Positions 14,660 through 26,685 of a stretch of DNA of 64,000 bases are shown here, piece after piece. The stretch comes from Octopus vulgaris. Lineage: Eukaryota. The notes under the pieces were generated by a model that did no database searches, was not told the DNA's origin, and saw only the letters and a list, made by a program, of their open reading frames with translations. The translations under genes were made by a program, and so were the position numbers. The stretch is from NCBI GenBank assembly GCA_951406725.2, contig OX597831.1, positions 63,364,001 through 63,428,000 on the forward strand, read 5' to 3'. Position 1 is the first letter of the stretch. Every line of letters begins with the position of its first letter.

Positions 14660-14739
<80 letters not shown>

Positions 14740-14750
14740 ATATATATATG
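13510..14750. repeat. Compound (TA)n/(TATG)n/(GATA)n/(TG)n microsatellite block
   Basis: Direct reading. Confidence 0.93.
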
Positions 14751-15081
14751 CATGGACACACGTACAACATACATACAAATGACACATGCAGATACACACA
14801 AAATACGCACACAGGATGCCGTGTATATGTTCTCTGAAGACTGCTAGCGGCTTTATCAAAATGAGAAAAACTCAAAGTCTTACGACAGTTTTTTCTTTCT
14901 GTTTTTTTTCTTCATCTTCTTATGTCTGCTGTACTGATGTTCGGTTGTTATAGTAGCAATCGGTATGCTACACCACTCAGATTTATTACTCTTCCACAAC
15001 AGGACCCTATAGCAAGTTGAGCTTAGTAAACAGAAGTCATTCGTATCTAAAGAAGATGACGCATGTGTACATAATAAATAG

Positions 15082-15388
15082 TGGAGGCACATGGCCTAGT
15101 GGTTAGAGCAGCGAACTCACGGTCGAGGGATCGCAGGTTCGAATCTCAGACCGAGCGATGGTTGTGTTTATGAGCGAAAACACCTAAGCCCCACGCAGCT
15201 CTGGCAGAAGGTAGTGGCGAAACTTCTGCTGACTCTTTCGCCACAATTTTCTCTCACTCTTTCCTCCTGCATCTTGCAGCCCACCTGCGATGGACCGGTG
15301 TCCCGTCCAGGTGGAGGACCTATACGACAAGAAACCGGGAAACCGGCCCTTATGAGCCAGGCATGGCTCGAGAAGGAACAAACAAAAG
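15082..15388 (+). mobile_element. SINE family C (tRNA-derived) with 12-bp TSD
   Basis: A-box TGGCCTAGTGG and B-box GGTTCGAATC. TSD CATAATAAATAG at 15070-15081 and 15389-15400. Second copy at 49030-49305. Confidence 0.92.
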
Positions 15389-16349
15389 CATAATAAATAG
15401 CACACATAGGAAAATTATATTGATGTCTACACCAACATATGGTCAGCTATATGTTGCAGGATTAATATTCTTTTTTATCTATGTAGAATTAACTTTACAA
15501 ACAATAATAATAATAGTAGTTCAATTAGCGCCCTAATTTTGTGATGTTAGACACACTGAGTATTAGATTTCCGCAATAATATTTTTATCAAATTGAGTTA
15601 TGGAATTCAGATCAGGAAACACGCTGGTGGTTTGGTTTTAAATTAGAAGAAAATAAACGTTAACTACAGTGAAACATTAAATAAACATCGTGTGTATGTG
15701 TGTAGGTGTGAATGTTCGTGTGTATGCATCTCTTCCCTTTTTAGTTATTGAGAATGTTAGCTCCGAGGAAGGAGCTGGGTTCTAACAAAAATACAAAGCT
15801 CCGTAATTACGATGTGGCTAACAAAAACAAATTCACATTTTCAACTTGAGACAAGTCTTGCATATCTCTCCTCTTGTATTTGTAACATGAGTGCGAGCTA
15901 GTTGATTTCTTTCTCTGAAAACACTAGTTTTTTCCAGATTGTCACTTAGGCATCTAGTAACAAAACGTAGTATACCAGTTCTTTAAAGTCTGCGTATAGA
16001 AACTTAAAAGTTTGGTTTCCGAAGAAATACTCACAGCAACAAAGCAGCTGATATCTCCTACGGTTTATTTGTTTTCGTTTCTCTCCCAAACAACGATATT
16101 CGTCCTTTATGTTTGCAGTTAGAAGATTTTATGGAAATGATTCACCAATATTCTTCATGTTGATGTTCATGTTTAGTACATTTTATCTGTTTTTAGGTTC
16201 TGAGTTCAAATACTGACTTTGCTTTTCATCCTTTCGGAGTAGATAAAAGTACCATTTGAGCACATATATATATGTATGTATTTGTGTGTGTATAGAGAGA
16301 GAGTGAGTGATTGGGGAAATGAATGAGAGATTGAGTAAGAGACATACAT

Positions 16350-16449
<100 letters not shown>

Positions 16450-16476
16450 CTGTGTGTATATATATATATATATGTA

Positions 16477-16512
<36 letters not shown>

Positions 16513-16516
<4 letters not shown>

Positions 16517-16874
16517 CGCCATACTAATATGGCAGTCTATAAATAAGACTAAAGCTGTCGCTGATTAGCTCCAAGAGGCCATCGCCTCTAGCTAGCTATT
16601 TGACACACGAACCTGCGTCTATTACAACCTTCGAACAGACGGTCAATAGCGACACCTGCTGGTTCTGGCTATGCTGAATTGATAAAGGGCAACAACCCTG
16701 AAACATGTCTGCAGATGTCTGACTAGCATGGTGAAGCGGTTGACCTCCCTGTTCGAAGGTTGTAATAGACGCAGGTTCGTGTGTCAAATAGCTAGCTAGA
16801 GGCGATGGCCTCTTGGAGCTAATCAGTGACAGCTTTAGTCTTATTTATAGACTGCCATATTAGTATGGCGATAA
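16513..16874. mobile_element. Fold-back element (126-bp arms) abutting (TA)n, with a degenerate HHR in the spacer
   Basis: 16513-16638 pairs with 16749-16874 with about 1 mismatch. Spacer 16674-16714 reads ctgaa TTGATAA aggg caacaa ccct GAAAC at GTC tgcag. Confidence 0.8.
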
Positions 16875-16938
16875 CTATTAATACCCAGTAACGCTGCCGT
16901 AATCTCCTTAGAGAGATTTAGTAATTTTAATATTTCTA

Positions 16939-16973
<35 letters not shown>

Positions 16974-17198
16974 TATATAAAGAGAGTAATGTAAGCCTTG
17001 TAAAACACGCAATATTGATATACAGTATTATACATGTTGCGAACATTATCCCATATAAAACTCAATGCGTTGAGTAGAGTAGTTATATATGTTTAATATA
17101 TCACAAATGATAATCTTACTCTAAGCTTAGCCCTGGAGGGATCACGACAGTCGTGACCAGCTAAGGGCAAATCTTAGAGTAGATAATCATTTTTTAAG

Positions 17199-17231
<33 letters not shown>

Positions 17232-18659
17232 ATGTGGTGTGTATGCATCTAAGTATGTGTATATATGTATAGATACATTTATGTGTGTATGCGTGTATAT
17301 ATAATTGTGTACACATACATGCACGCACACACTCACACACGCATATGCAACGCTTAAAAAATGACAAAAGAAAGGAATTATGCAATCAGCTTCATTGTCT
17401 TACAGCCGTTTCTGTTATAGCGTTATACGATGCAGTGCAATCAGAGCTGAATGATTGCGTATCGCCTTGTAGCTTCCTCAAAAGTTCCTCAGACTGTTAA
17501 TATCGCTGTGCCTAAGCGAAATTAACATTAAATTCCACTGTTATACTCAGCACATTGGAAATCTACTGATGATAGAAAAAGCGATCAATTCCATATCAGG
17601 TATCTCCTATTTGTTTTCTTAGTTCACTTTGAATTTAACTAATTTGGGCTCACCTTTATAAAAACGTTATATCACCATGTATTTTCGGATATATTAATTT
17701 GAATGATATTTTCTATATGTAAATATGCTGATACAACAGAAACGATTGTTGGCTTTGTATGGTGAATTCAACAGTTAAAGATGTGATTTTCTCTATCCGT
17801 AGTTTTGTTGTCTAATACTCCGAATTTTGCTGTACACCTCCCGTGTCTATAGTCCTTTAGGATAGTTTTCATTACTCTTTCGCGTTACCCACTTTTTCAG
17901 TCCCAAATCTTTTTGTTGTATATGTGTCATTGTTATTAATTGTTGTCTTCGTGTGGCCCTAAGGCTTTATTCTGTTTATTGTTTTGTCCTTCGTTCATCC
18001 ACTAGCGGTCTCGTTATGTTACGTTTTGATCACATTCCCGGTAAGTTTCTTGTTGGAGTCTCCAGCCTGGAAGCAATATTATCGATAATGGCCGAAATTG
18101 CGTTTGACTCTCTGGCCGATAACTGATGAAGAATTGGTGGGGTTCTGTGTTTTCAGTTCGCCTGTGTAATTAGTATATGTTCGTTTGTTTATTCACTATA
18201 TGCTTTTTAAAAATTCAATATATAGGTATGTCATATTTTCCGTTTGTTGTCTTTTTATTTAATCCTGAAAAAATTTATATATATATGGGGTCATGCCATA
18301 AATAATGTAGTTTTCTTACATCCTTGATGTTTTGCATATCCCGTCTTATGAACATTACGATTATTACCTAACTTTGATCTCCCAGAATCAGCGGTCGGGT
18401 TAAAAATGAGATGCACTCTCACCTTACTATTCTGTTTTCTCTTACGCTTCATGTAAATGTAAATTTATTTGTCTATATATATAAATATCTATGAGCTTTT
18501 AGGTATGCGTTTATCTCCTAAATATATATATATATATCTATACCTATCTCTCTCTGTATTTATATGTATGTATATCTATTTAGGTATATATATATATACA
18601 TGTATATATGAATATATGTATATATATATATATATACAATATATACATATATATTTACA

Positions 18660-18701
<42 letters not shown>

Positions 18702-18861
18702 TAATTATAATTAGGGTTCAGCTAACTGCTTCACCGCATACCGAAATTAGAAATAGGAGTTAAAAATTCCCTTTCTGCTACTATAAGAATTTCCATGACG
18801 GTAAACATACTTTTTACGAAGGCAAAGAGACAAACAATGAATCAACACGACCAGGATTAAT

Positions 18862-18922
18862 TATATACGCGTTTCGAGATTAAAGTAATTAATATTTTAC
18901 TTACTTCTCTCTTCAGTTTGAT
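18862..18922 (-). ncRNA. Type I hammerhead motif with weak stem I
   Basis: Minus strand: CTGAAGA gag...ctc GAAAC GC GTA, with palindromic ACGCGT in stem III. It lies in a ~240-bp insert between TA-rich tracts. Confidence 0.6.
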
Positions 18923-19102
18923 ATTTCCAATTTTTTAAATAAAATTTGACAATTTATATATATATATATACATATATATATGTATATATATATATGTATG
19001 TATGTATATATGTATATCATATGTATATATGTATATATGTATGTATATATATATGTATATACGTATATGTATATACATATAAATATATATATATATACAT
19101 AC

Positions 19103-19150
<48 letters not shown>

Positions 19151-20277
19151 GTATATATGTATATCAAGCCTAATCCTGATTAGCTGCATCACTGTCTCCA
19201 TATCAGCTCACCTGGATATCTCTTTACCAGAGGATCTAATGCTCCATAAAGATTTCAGAGTTTAATTTCAAGTCATTTGAGCACTACTATGTGTCTTCTA
19301 TATTGAGCAGCTCAAGCTCTCGTTTTTAGTATATATACATATGTGTGTATGTGTGTGTGCGCGTGTGTGAATATGTGTGTCTTTGTGTTTTTGTTTGGCA
19401 CCCACTATCGCCTGACAACCGGTGTTGGTTACTTCACCTTCCCGTCACCTACTGGTTTAAATCAACTGATCGATAGAATACGTACCACACATAAAAATAA
19501 GTGCTGGGGTTGATTTGTTAGACTAAAACCTTTCAAGGCTGTGCCCCCAGAGTGGCCGCAGTCCAGTAAGTGAGGTAACTGAAATATAAGAAATAAAATA
19601 TGTTGGCGTGGCTATGTGGTATGAAGCTTGCTTCCGGTATAGCATTTTGTTTAGTTTGTTTGCGGACTTTTAGGATAACACACGTTTTTTTGGTTGTCTT
19701 GGCGGTGCAACGTTTTCCTCTTGTTTAATGGAGGAGTGTCGGGTGAGGGGTTACGAAAGTTTGAATCGTTCTGTTTTAGACGTTGTAAACTGCCCTTCTT
19801 CGGACTTTGTCTCGTCTGAGAAAGAAATGATGGAGTGTATAAAGAAGATAGACGCAGCAATGGAAGCAAGGAATTATGCTGCAGCGACAACAAAAAAATA
19901 GCGAAGATGTGAGGTTTGACGATGTGAGCAAGTTCGAGGGAATGCATAAAAGAGAAGGGAACAAAGTGAAGGTGACGACGCCACCAAAGAAGTCTTAAAG
20001 GAAGCAGCTGAAAGAACATAATCAGTGGCAGACAGGAAGATCTTGATCATGTCAACGGCTCAAATAGACCAATCTAGCAAGAGATTTCCTACCTTGCCAG
20101 AGGGAAAAATGTTTGGAGCGGTGGAGGTGCAGTTCAGAAAGGTAGCTACCATTAGGCTGCACTCAGCAACACCGCTGAAAATGATGAAGTGGTTCTTCTA
20201 CCTGTATACCTTGGGAGATGTGCTTCCAGGGTTAGGGTGGAGGAAATACCCCAGAAGTGGATGTAGCGTAGCTGATC

Positions 20278-20329
<52 letters not shown>

Positions 20330-20585
20330 GTGTGTGTGTTTGTGTGTGTGCACGTGTGTGTGTGTACACGTGTGTGTGTGTACGTGTGTGTGTGCACGTG
20401 TGTGTGTGTGTGTGTGTGCATGTGTGTTTATCACCCCAACATCGCTCGACAACCGATGCTAGTGTGTTTACGTCCCCGTAACTTAACAGTTGGAGAAAAT
20501 ATATATAAATTTAGAGAGAGAGAGACAGAGACACATAGACAGACAGAAATAGATAGAGATATATAGATATACATACATACATGCA

Positions 20586-20628
<43 letters not shown>

Positions 20629-21212
20629 GAGTAGACGTGCCTGTGTAAGTGAGGCAAGAGGGAAAAAGGAAGTTAGTGACAGCAAAAGAGAAAGAGAAAG
20701 AGGGAGAGAAAGAGGGAGGGAGAGAAAGAGAGAGAGAGAAATATTTTAGTCGCTTTAAACCTGGATTATATTCTTGTTTCTATGTTTGGTTGTATTTTAT
20801 CCGGTTCGATTTTCATGTTTTAATTATTAGAGTAGGGCCTTTATTGTTTTTTTTAATGCGTGAATGTATATAGACATATATTGAGACAGAGACGGTGGAA
20901 TTATCAGAAAAATGAATATTCTCCAGACGCACGTCAAAAGCATTTCGATTCAATCATCAATGAAATGAAGAAAGCGTACGACATCGAAAGTAGGTGATAA
21001 TACAAATGTAGTTATGTTCTATAAGCATGAATGAGTTATGAACGTGTAGGAAAATAGATTAAGGAAAAGTGTTAAAGCCACTTATAAATTTATAATACCT
21101 GAGATTCTATGTATTAAGTTACTAAACGTTATCCGTTGAATCGTCTTCGCCAACTTTATAGAAAGCTAATAAAGATACATATGCATGCAGGCGCGGTAAC
21201 AAATACAGGGAC

Positions 21213-21253
<41 letters not shown>

Positions 21254-21688
21254 TGTGTGTCATTGCGTAGAAAACACTTATCAACATTTAAGTTTATAGC
21301 ACGTACAACTGTTATGTCGCATTATGTTTACGGCACGGCACATTCTAAAACTGTAATTCCCCCACACATATGCACGCTCACAGTAATATATATATAAACC
21401 TTTTCATATGAAATTATAAAGAATTCGTAGTCATGTTTCTCAAAAGAAAAGATTAACAGTGTCTTTCTGAGAACAAAACACCCAACCATAGCCCATAGCT
21501 ATGTGGCACTGACCTCAGACCTCTGAAGTATTTCTTAATTAACACACTAAATCTTTTTACGTGTAAACTATTAAACAAAAGTTCGGATACCGAGACATTT
21601 TATATATTCTTATTTTAATTTTTCTTCCCGATGACCCTCTAGTTTTAACCCTTTCTCTCACACTGTATCTCTCTTTCACTTTCTCTCA

Positions 21689-21753
<65 letters not shown>

Positions 21754-21845
21754 TATATTTATATATAAGTATATATATATACATATATAAATATATATAT
21801 ACATATATATATATATTTATATATATGTATGTATATATATATAAA

Positions 21846-21879
<34 letters not shown>

Positions 21880-21952
21880 CTTATATATAGGGAGAATTCA
21901 CAAAGAAACAAAAATCGAAGACAGGTGGTGTAGACAACAAACAGATGTATTA

Positions 21953-21988
21953 GTTTAACGTTTCGAGCCTACGCTCCTCCACAGAAAT
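21953..21988 (-). ncRNA. Degenerate minimal hammerhead motif, same family as 62161
   Basis: Minus strand: ttt CTGTGGA g gagc gtag gctc GAAACGTT aaac. Confidence 0.5.
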
Positions 21989-22059
21989 GAACACAGAAAC
22001 AAACACGGAGAGAAAATAAAGAAGGTGTAGTGCCTAGCGATCTATCATGGTGAAAGAAG

Positions 22060-22186
22060 ATTGCTTCTTCCCAACCATATGGTTCGGGGTTCAGTTCCAT
22101 TGCGTAGCACTTTGGACAGATGCCTTCTACTGTAGCCTTGTCAGAGGATTTTGTAATCGGAAACTGAAAGAACCCCGTCGGATATT

Positions 22187-22241
<55 letters not shown>

Positions 22242-22510
22242 TTGTGTGTGTGTGTGTGTCTGTGTGTGTGTGTGTATATGTGTGTGCGTGTGTGTGCGTG
22301 TGTGTGCGTGTGTGTGCGTGTGTGTGTAACTTTACGACTGCGTTTGTCCCCCAACACCACTTCATAAATGGGGCCGGTGTGTTTACGTTCCCGTAACTTA
22401 GCGATTCGGCAAACGAAACCGATAAAATAAGTACCAGGCTTTAAAAGAATAAGTAATGCTTCAGGGCGGTGAACCAGCATGGCTGCGGTCTAATTACTGA
22501 AACAAGTACA
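22060..22510 (+). mobile_element. Diverged SINE family A copy
   Basis: Similarity to 2144-2560, with an expanded internal (TG)n. Confidence 0.8.
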
Positions 22511-23414
22511 GAAAATATACACAGGAAATTCAACAATTTGCGTCCAGAAGAAAATAATGATGGATATACGTTGATATGACTTTGAAAACCCAGTTTATAT
22601 ATGCAAGAATCAGTTCCTTGAGTTATCGTATATTACATTTCTTATTCTCTCAGTTTTTTTAACGCGTGAAAACCGCTAATCTGTCCCCTCCAGCAAGATC
22701 AGCCTGCAAAAATTTGAGATATCTTATACAACAGAAGATTCAGTTTTCCTACGCATGTATTTAAATCTGCAGGACTTACCACCATTTTATGTCTTACTGT
22801 GTTGTACAGGAAAACCAAAATATTATTAACATATATTTGCATAAATTTAACTGTGAATGAATTTTATTTGCAAAGTGATTGTTTTACTTTACATATAACT
22901 TTAACCAGAGAGAAATTGTGTCACCAGAGTAGAACCTTTTTGTGAAAAGATATTATTTTGAATTCAAGACAATCCTAGTAAAAATAGCAGCCAAATCACT
23001 CTCATGTCCTATACTACAATCGTAAAAGAGAAAGTATACGTCTTATGTACACTGGGCTATAGCAAATATTCTGCTGAATATCACAGATTTGCTTGTCGGT
23101 TGTTTGACCTTAACCAGTTGACCATGTCCTTTAGCGGCTGACGATATGTTCACCTCTGACCACGAGCAGAAGTAATGGGAGAGCATTCATAGCCGTATGT
23201 TGAAAGGAAATCTTAGAGGTTTGGATAATTCACCTCATATTTATCTTGATATGAGATCACCATGTTGCGCACATATGGTTGTGATGCATGTGCCTGGTGT
23301 ACCCTTATCAGACGGGTAGTCATGATGGGTATCCTGGGCTTTGTATATTTTACCCCAGTGTCACTTTGATGGCATGCACTGCTCTCTCACTCAATAATAA
23401 TAATGATAATATGC

Positions 23415-23770
23415 TGGAGCATAGATATAGCATGGTCAGCTGACAACAAGATATGCGAAATGGAAGAAAGAAAAGTCTATAGATATGACAGGTTAGCTTG
23501 GGAGGTTAAGCAGTTTCTGTCGATGAAAGAGGTGGTAGTAGTAACAATAACTGTCGGAGCCCTGGGAACAGTGAGTAAAAATCTTGAGAATTACATGGAA
23601 CAAATAGGGGCTGCAGTAAGGGTGGAGCACTTGCAGAAAACAGCACTGCTTGGAAACTCTCGATTACTCCGGAAGATGCTCGAAGAACAAGGAGGTGCTA
23701 CCTTAGTTCTTTGGTAGTGAACGGCTGACACCGTAGTACATCTTCAGCTTTAGAAGCTGTGCAAAGAAAA
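23415..23770 (+). mobile_element. 3' fragment of an R4/Dong-like RLE LINE
   Basis: IDIAWSADNKICEMEERKVYRYDRLAWEVKQ...VGALGTV...LQKTALLG matches the RLE C-terminus. Flanked by (TAA)n and (GAT)n. Confidence 0.8.
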
Positions 23771-23871
23771 TGATGATTATGATGATGATGAGGAGGATGA
23801 GGATGATTATGATGATGAGGAGGAGAATGATGATGATGATGATGATGATGATCATGATCATGATGATGATC

Positions 23872-23921
<50 letters not shown>

Positions 23922-23991
23922 GATGATGATGATAGCGATGATGATGATGATAATAATACAATAATAATAATAATAATAATAGTAGTAGTAG

Positions 23992-24060
<69 letters not shown>
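23770..24060. repeat. (GAT)n/(TAA)n tract
   Basis: Direct reading. Confidence 0.95.
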
Positions 24061-24061
<1 letters not shown>

Positions 24062-24408
24062 GCTTTCTCATAGCTACACCATTTCTCATTATAGATCAGT
24101 TGGATCAAGACTAACTGCGGGCAGATCAACAACAATAACACCGTTGAATGTATTTAATGATTATAAGAGAACAGTAAAATGGGTAAAATAAACAGTGTTC
24201 CCAGACAGTTGCTTCCACTGAGAAATATACTGAATTGATACGTGTATAGTATGAAAGTGATGCGATCTAATAACATAATGGTAATTCTTCTACCTGTCTT
24301 CCATCACTTTTGTTTCTCCGTATCTCTGCATATGCATGTATTCTGTGTATGTATATATATATAAGTAAATAAATGGAGTTGAACGCAGATGGTATTTAAA
24401 TTCTTTTA

Positions 24409-24490
24409 CTTTCGACATATGTTTCGAAGACAGCATTCTTTTATTCCAAAGGAATAAACGGTGTAAAATGCAATCTTCTCATCAGGAAAG
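24409..24490 (-). ncRNA. Canonical type I hammerhead ribozyme
   Basis: Minus strand: CTTTC CTGATGA GAAGA...TCTTC GAAAC ATAT GTC GAAAG. Core is intact, stem I is 5 bp, stem II is long, and the triplet is GUC. Confidence 0.85.
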
Positions 24491-24560
24491 AAAGAGAGCT
24501 TATCTCAACAACGGTAAACAAAGGATAATTCATTCATCCATTTATATATATACACACACA

Positions 24561-24628
<68 letters not shown>

Positions 24629-24629
24629 T

Positions 24630-25152
24630 TATGTAGGATAAAATTTTTTCGAAAAAATTTTTATCCATGGCCAGCATATTAAAAAATACCTTTAAAGGTT
24701 AAATTTATAAGCAACTTATAAATGAGGGCAAACGAAAAAATTTCTAATGCCAAATATGCCGAAATTAGACATATTGTCCATAAACATAATTTATCACAAT
24801 ATGCACAATATTCAGTTCGAATCGCACGTGTCTCGAATGGGCTGGAGAATTTCTGTTTTGGATATATTTGGTGTACTTAATTGTGCTCATGACTTAGTGT
24901 TTGCTTTTTCCATGGGTATGAGTAAGTATTTCATTTATTTTCTTTGCCGCATTTATCACTGACGAAGGGAGGGTTCTTATGAACAACCCTGAAATCGGTC
25001 CGATATGGTAATAACGGAATTTTTTAGAAATTTCTGTCAACCTTTTTCGAGTAGCGTGCATGTTGTGATAAATTATATGGTTATGGACAATGTGTCTAAT
25101 TTCGGCATATTTGGCTTTAGAATTTTTTTCGTTTGCCCTCATTTATAAGTTG

Positions 25153-25155
<3 letters not shown>
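24630..25155. mobile_element. Fold-back element between (TA)n tracts with an HHR in the spacer
   Basis: Arms at 24712-24806 and 25056-25152. 24954-25005 reads tatca CTGACGA aggg...ccct GAAA tcg GTC cgata. Confidence 0.78.
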
Positions 25156-25194
<39 letters not shown>

Positions 25195-25241
25195 CACATA
25201 TATAGCGCAGTGTCTGTGTCAGTATACACACACACACATAC

Positions 25242-25285
<44 letters not shown>

Positions 25286-25288
<3 letters not shown>

Positions 25289-25415
25289 TTGAATTGAACG
25301 AATTGAATTGAACTAGTTTCAGTGAAGTAAAAAGTATGTAGCATCAAATGGCGCTGCCCTAGCGTGGCGACAACTCGTGAACTGAAACTAGTTCAATTCA
25401 ATTCGTTCAATTCAA

Positions 25416-25477
<62 letters not shown>

Positions 25478-25571
25478 TTGAATTGAACGAATTGAATTGA
25501 ACTAGTTTCAGTTCACGAGTTGTCGCCACGCTAGGGCAGCGCCATTTGATGCTACATACTTTTTACTTCAC
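25286..25571. repeat. Exact inverted duplication centred on a (TA)n tract
   Basis: 25321-25418 is the reverse complement of 25474-25571. 25286-25323 repeats the start of the right arm. Confidence 0.9.
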
Positions 25572-25574
25572 TAA

Positions 25575-26072
25575 TTCTTTTCAGAACTTGATATTTGGTG
25601 CATGAGGAAGTTTGATGCCCTGCTCTCATTTGCGCTTCCTGCTGTAATATCGGTCCATCTGGAAATCTTGACAGTAAGATATCTAGATCTAGTAAGACAT
25701 CCACCCCATATAGCTCCTTCAGGAGAATACTGAAGAGCCGTGGTCCTTTAAAGCCCAGATTATTAGAATATCTTGTCCTATATTTTGATGGCAAAGTAGG
25801 AGTCTTTGGCACTATGGAGTGGCGCCCTTTTCTAGCGTTCGTGTAACTCTCAATGCCAAAATTTGGCACAAGTCCCTCCAGAGTCTTCCAGATATTTATT
25901 ACGGGGTATCTTTCCCGCCGACTCTCCAGGGAATAGAGTCTCAATCTCTTGAGTCTTTCCTAGTAGCTTATATGCTGCATAGAGGCTAACTTCGTGTAGC
26001 TTCGTTGGATTGCCTCAAGTTCTGCAATTAATTTTACACTGGTTGGTAACCACAGCTGAGAGCAATAGTCAA
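25575..26072 (-). mobile_element. CR1-clade LINE 3' fragment
   Basis: Minus strand gives DYCSQLWLP...LEAIQRSYTK, then RLYSLESRRERY..INIWK.LEGLVPN, typical of the CR1 RT C-terminus. Confidence 0.8.
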
Positions 26073-26073
26073 A

Positions 26074-26107
<34 letters not shown>

Positions 26108-26111
<4 letters not shown>

Positions 26112-26625
26112 CGTATATTTGCCATTCGAATATGGCTAACCCCTAAGGGTGGATGCTACTGTAGTTTGTAGCCCCAGGAAGACACCTCCTCCAGCTGGCT
26201 ATAGACACACTTTCTGTGCCCTATCAGTATTTATGAAGGGAAGTCATCCTTCCCGTCTTCAACTTATGATACACACGGACTCGAGTTTCAAGGTATTGAC
26301 CTATCATCGGCGTGTGACAATCATAGTTGTCGACGAGAAGTCAGTTTCCCTCACAAATACATATACTTTTTCCAGTATCGATTGACACTGATATTGAAAA
26401 AGTGAAATCAAACAATGATAAATCTCAGAGCGAGTTACAAACAGTAGCGGTAACACATCGTGACGTATATTTGCCATTCGAATATGGCTAACCCCTAGGA
26501 AGACACCTCCTGGGGCTACAAACTACAGTAGCATCCACCCTTAGGGGTTAGCCATATTCGAATGGCAAATATACGTCACGATGTGTTACCGCTACTGTTT
26601 GTAACTCGCTCTGAGATTTATCATT
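26108..26625 (-). mobile_element. Retrozyme-like or non-autonomous Penelope-like element: 352-nt monomer, partial repeat and inverted segment, inside (TA)n
   Basis: The sequence at 26108 restarts at 26460. 26508-26625 is the reverse complement of 26414-26459 joined to 26108-26180. HHR at 26272-26316. Confidence 0.75.
26272..26316 (-). ncRNA. Type I hammerhead motif with CCGA core variant
   Basis: Minus strand: CACACG CCGATGA t AGGT caat ACCT t GAAAC TCGA GTC CGTGTG. Stem I is 6 bp and stem III carries palindromic ACTCGAGT. Confidence 0.72.
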
Positions 26626-26651
26626 ATATATATATACATATTTATAAATGC

Positions 26652-26685
<34 letters not shown>

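Noticed and set aside
15082-15155. tRNA gene
   Set aside because: The tRNA-like head continues into a repeated body with a TSD, so it is a SINE.
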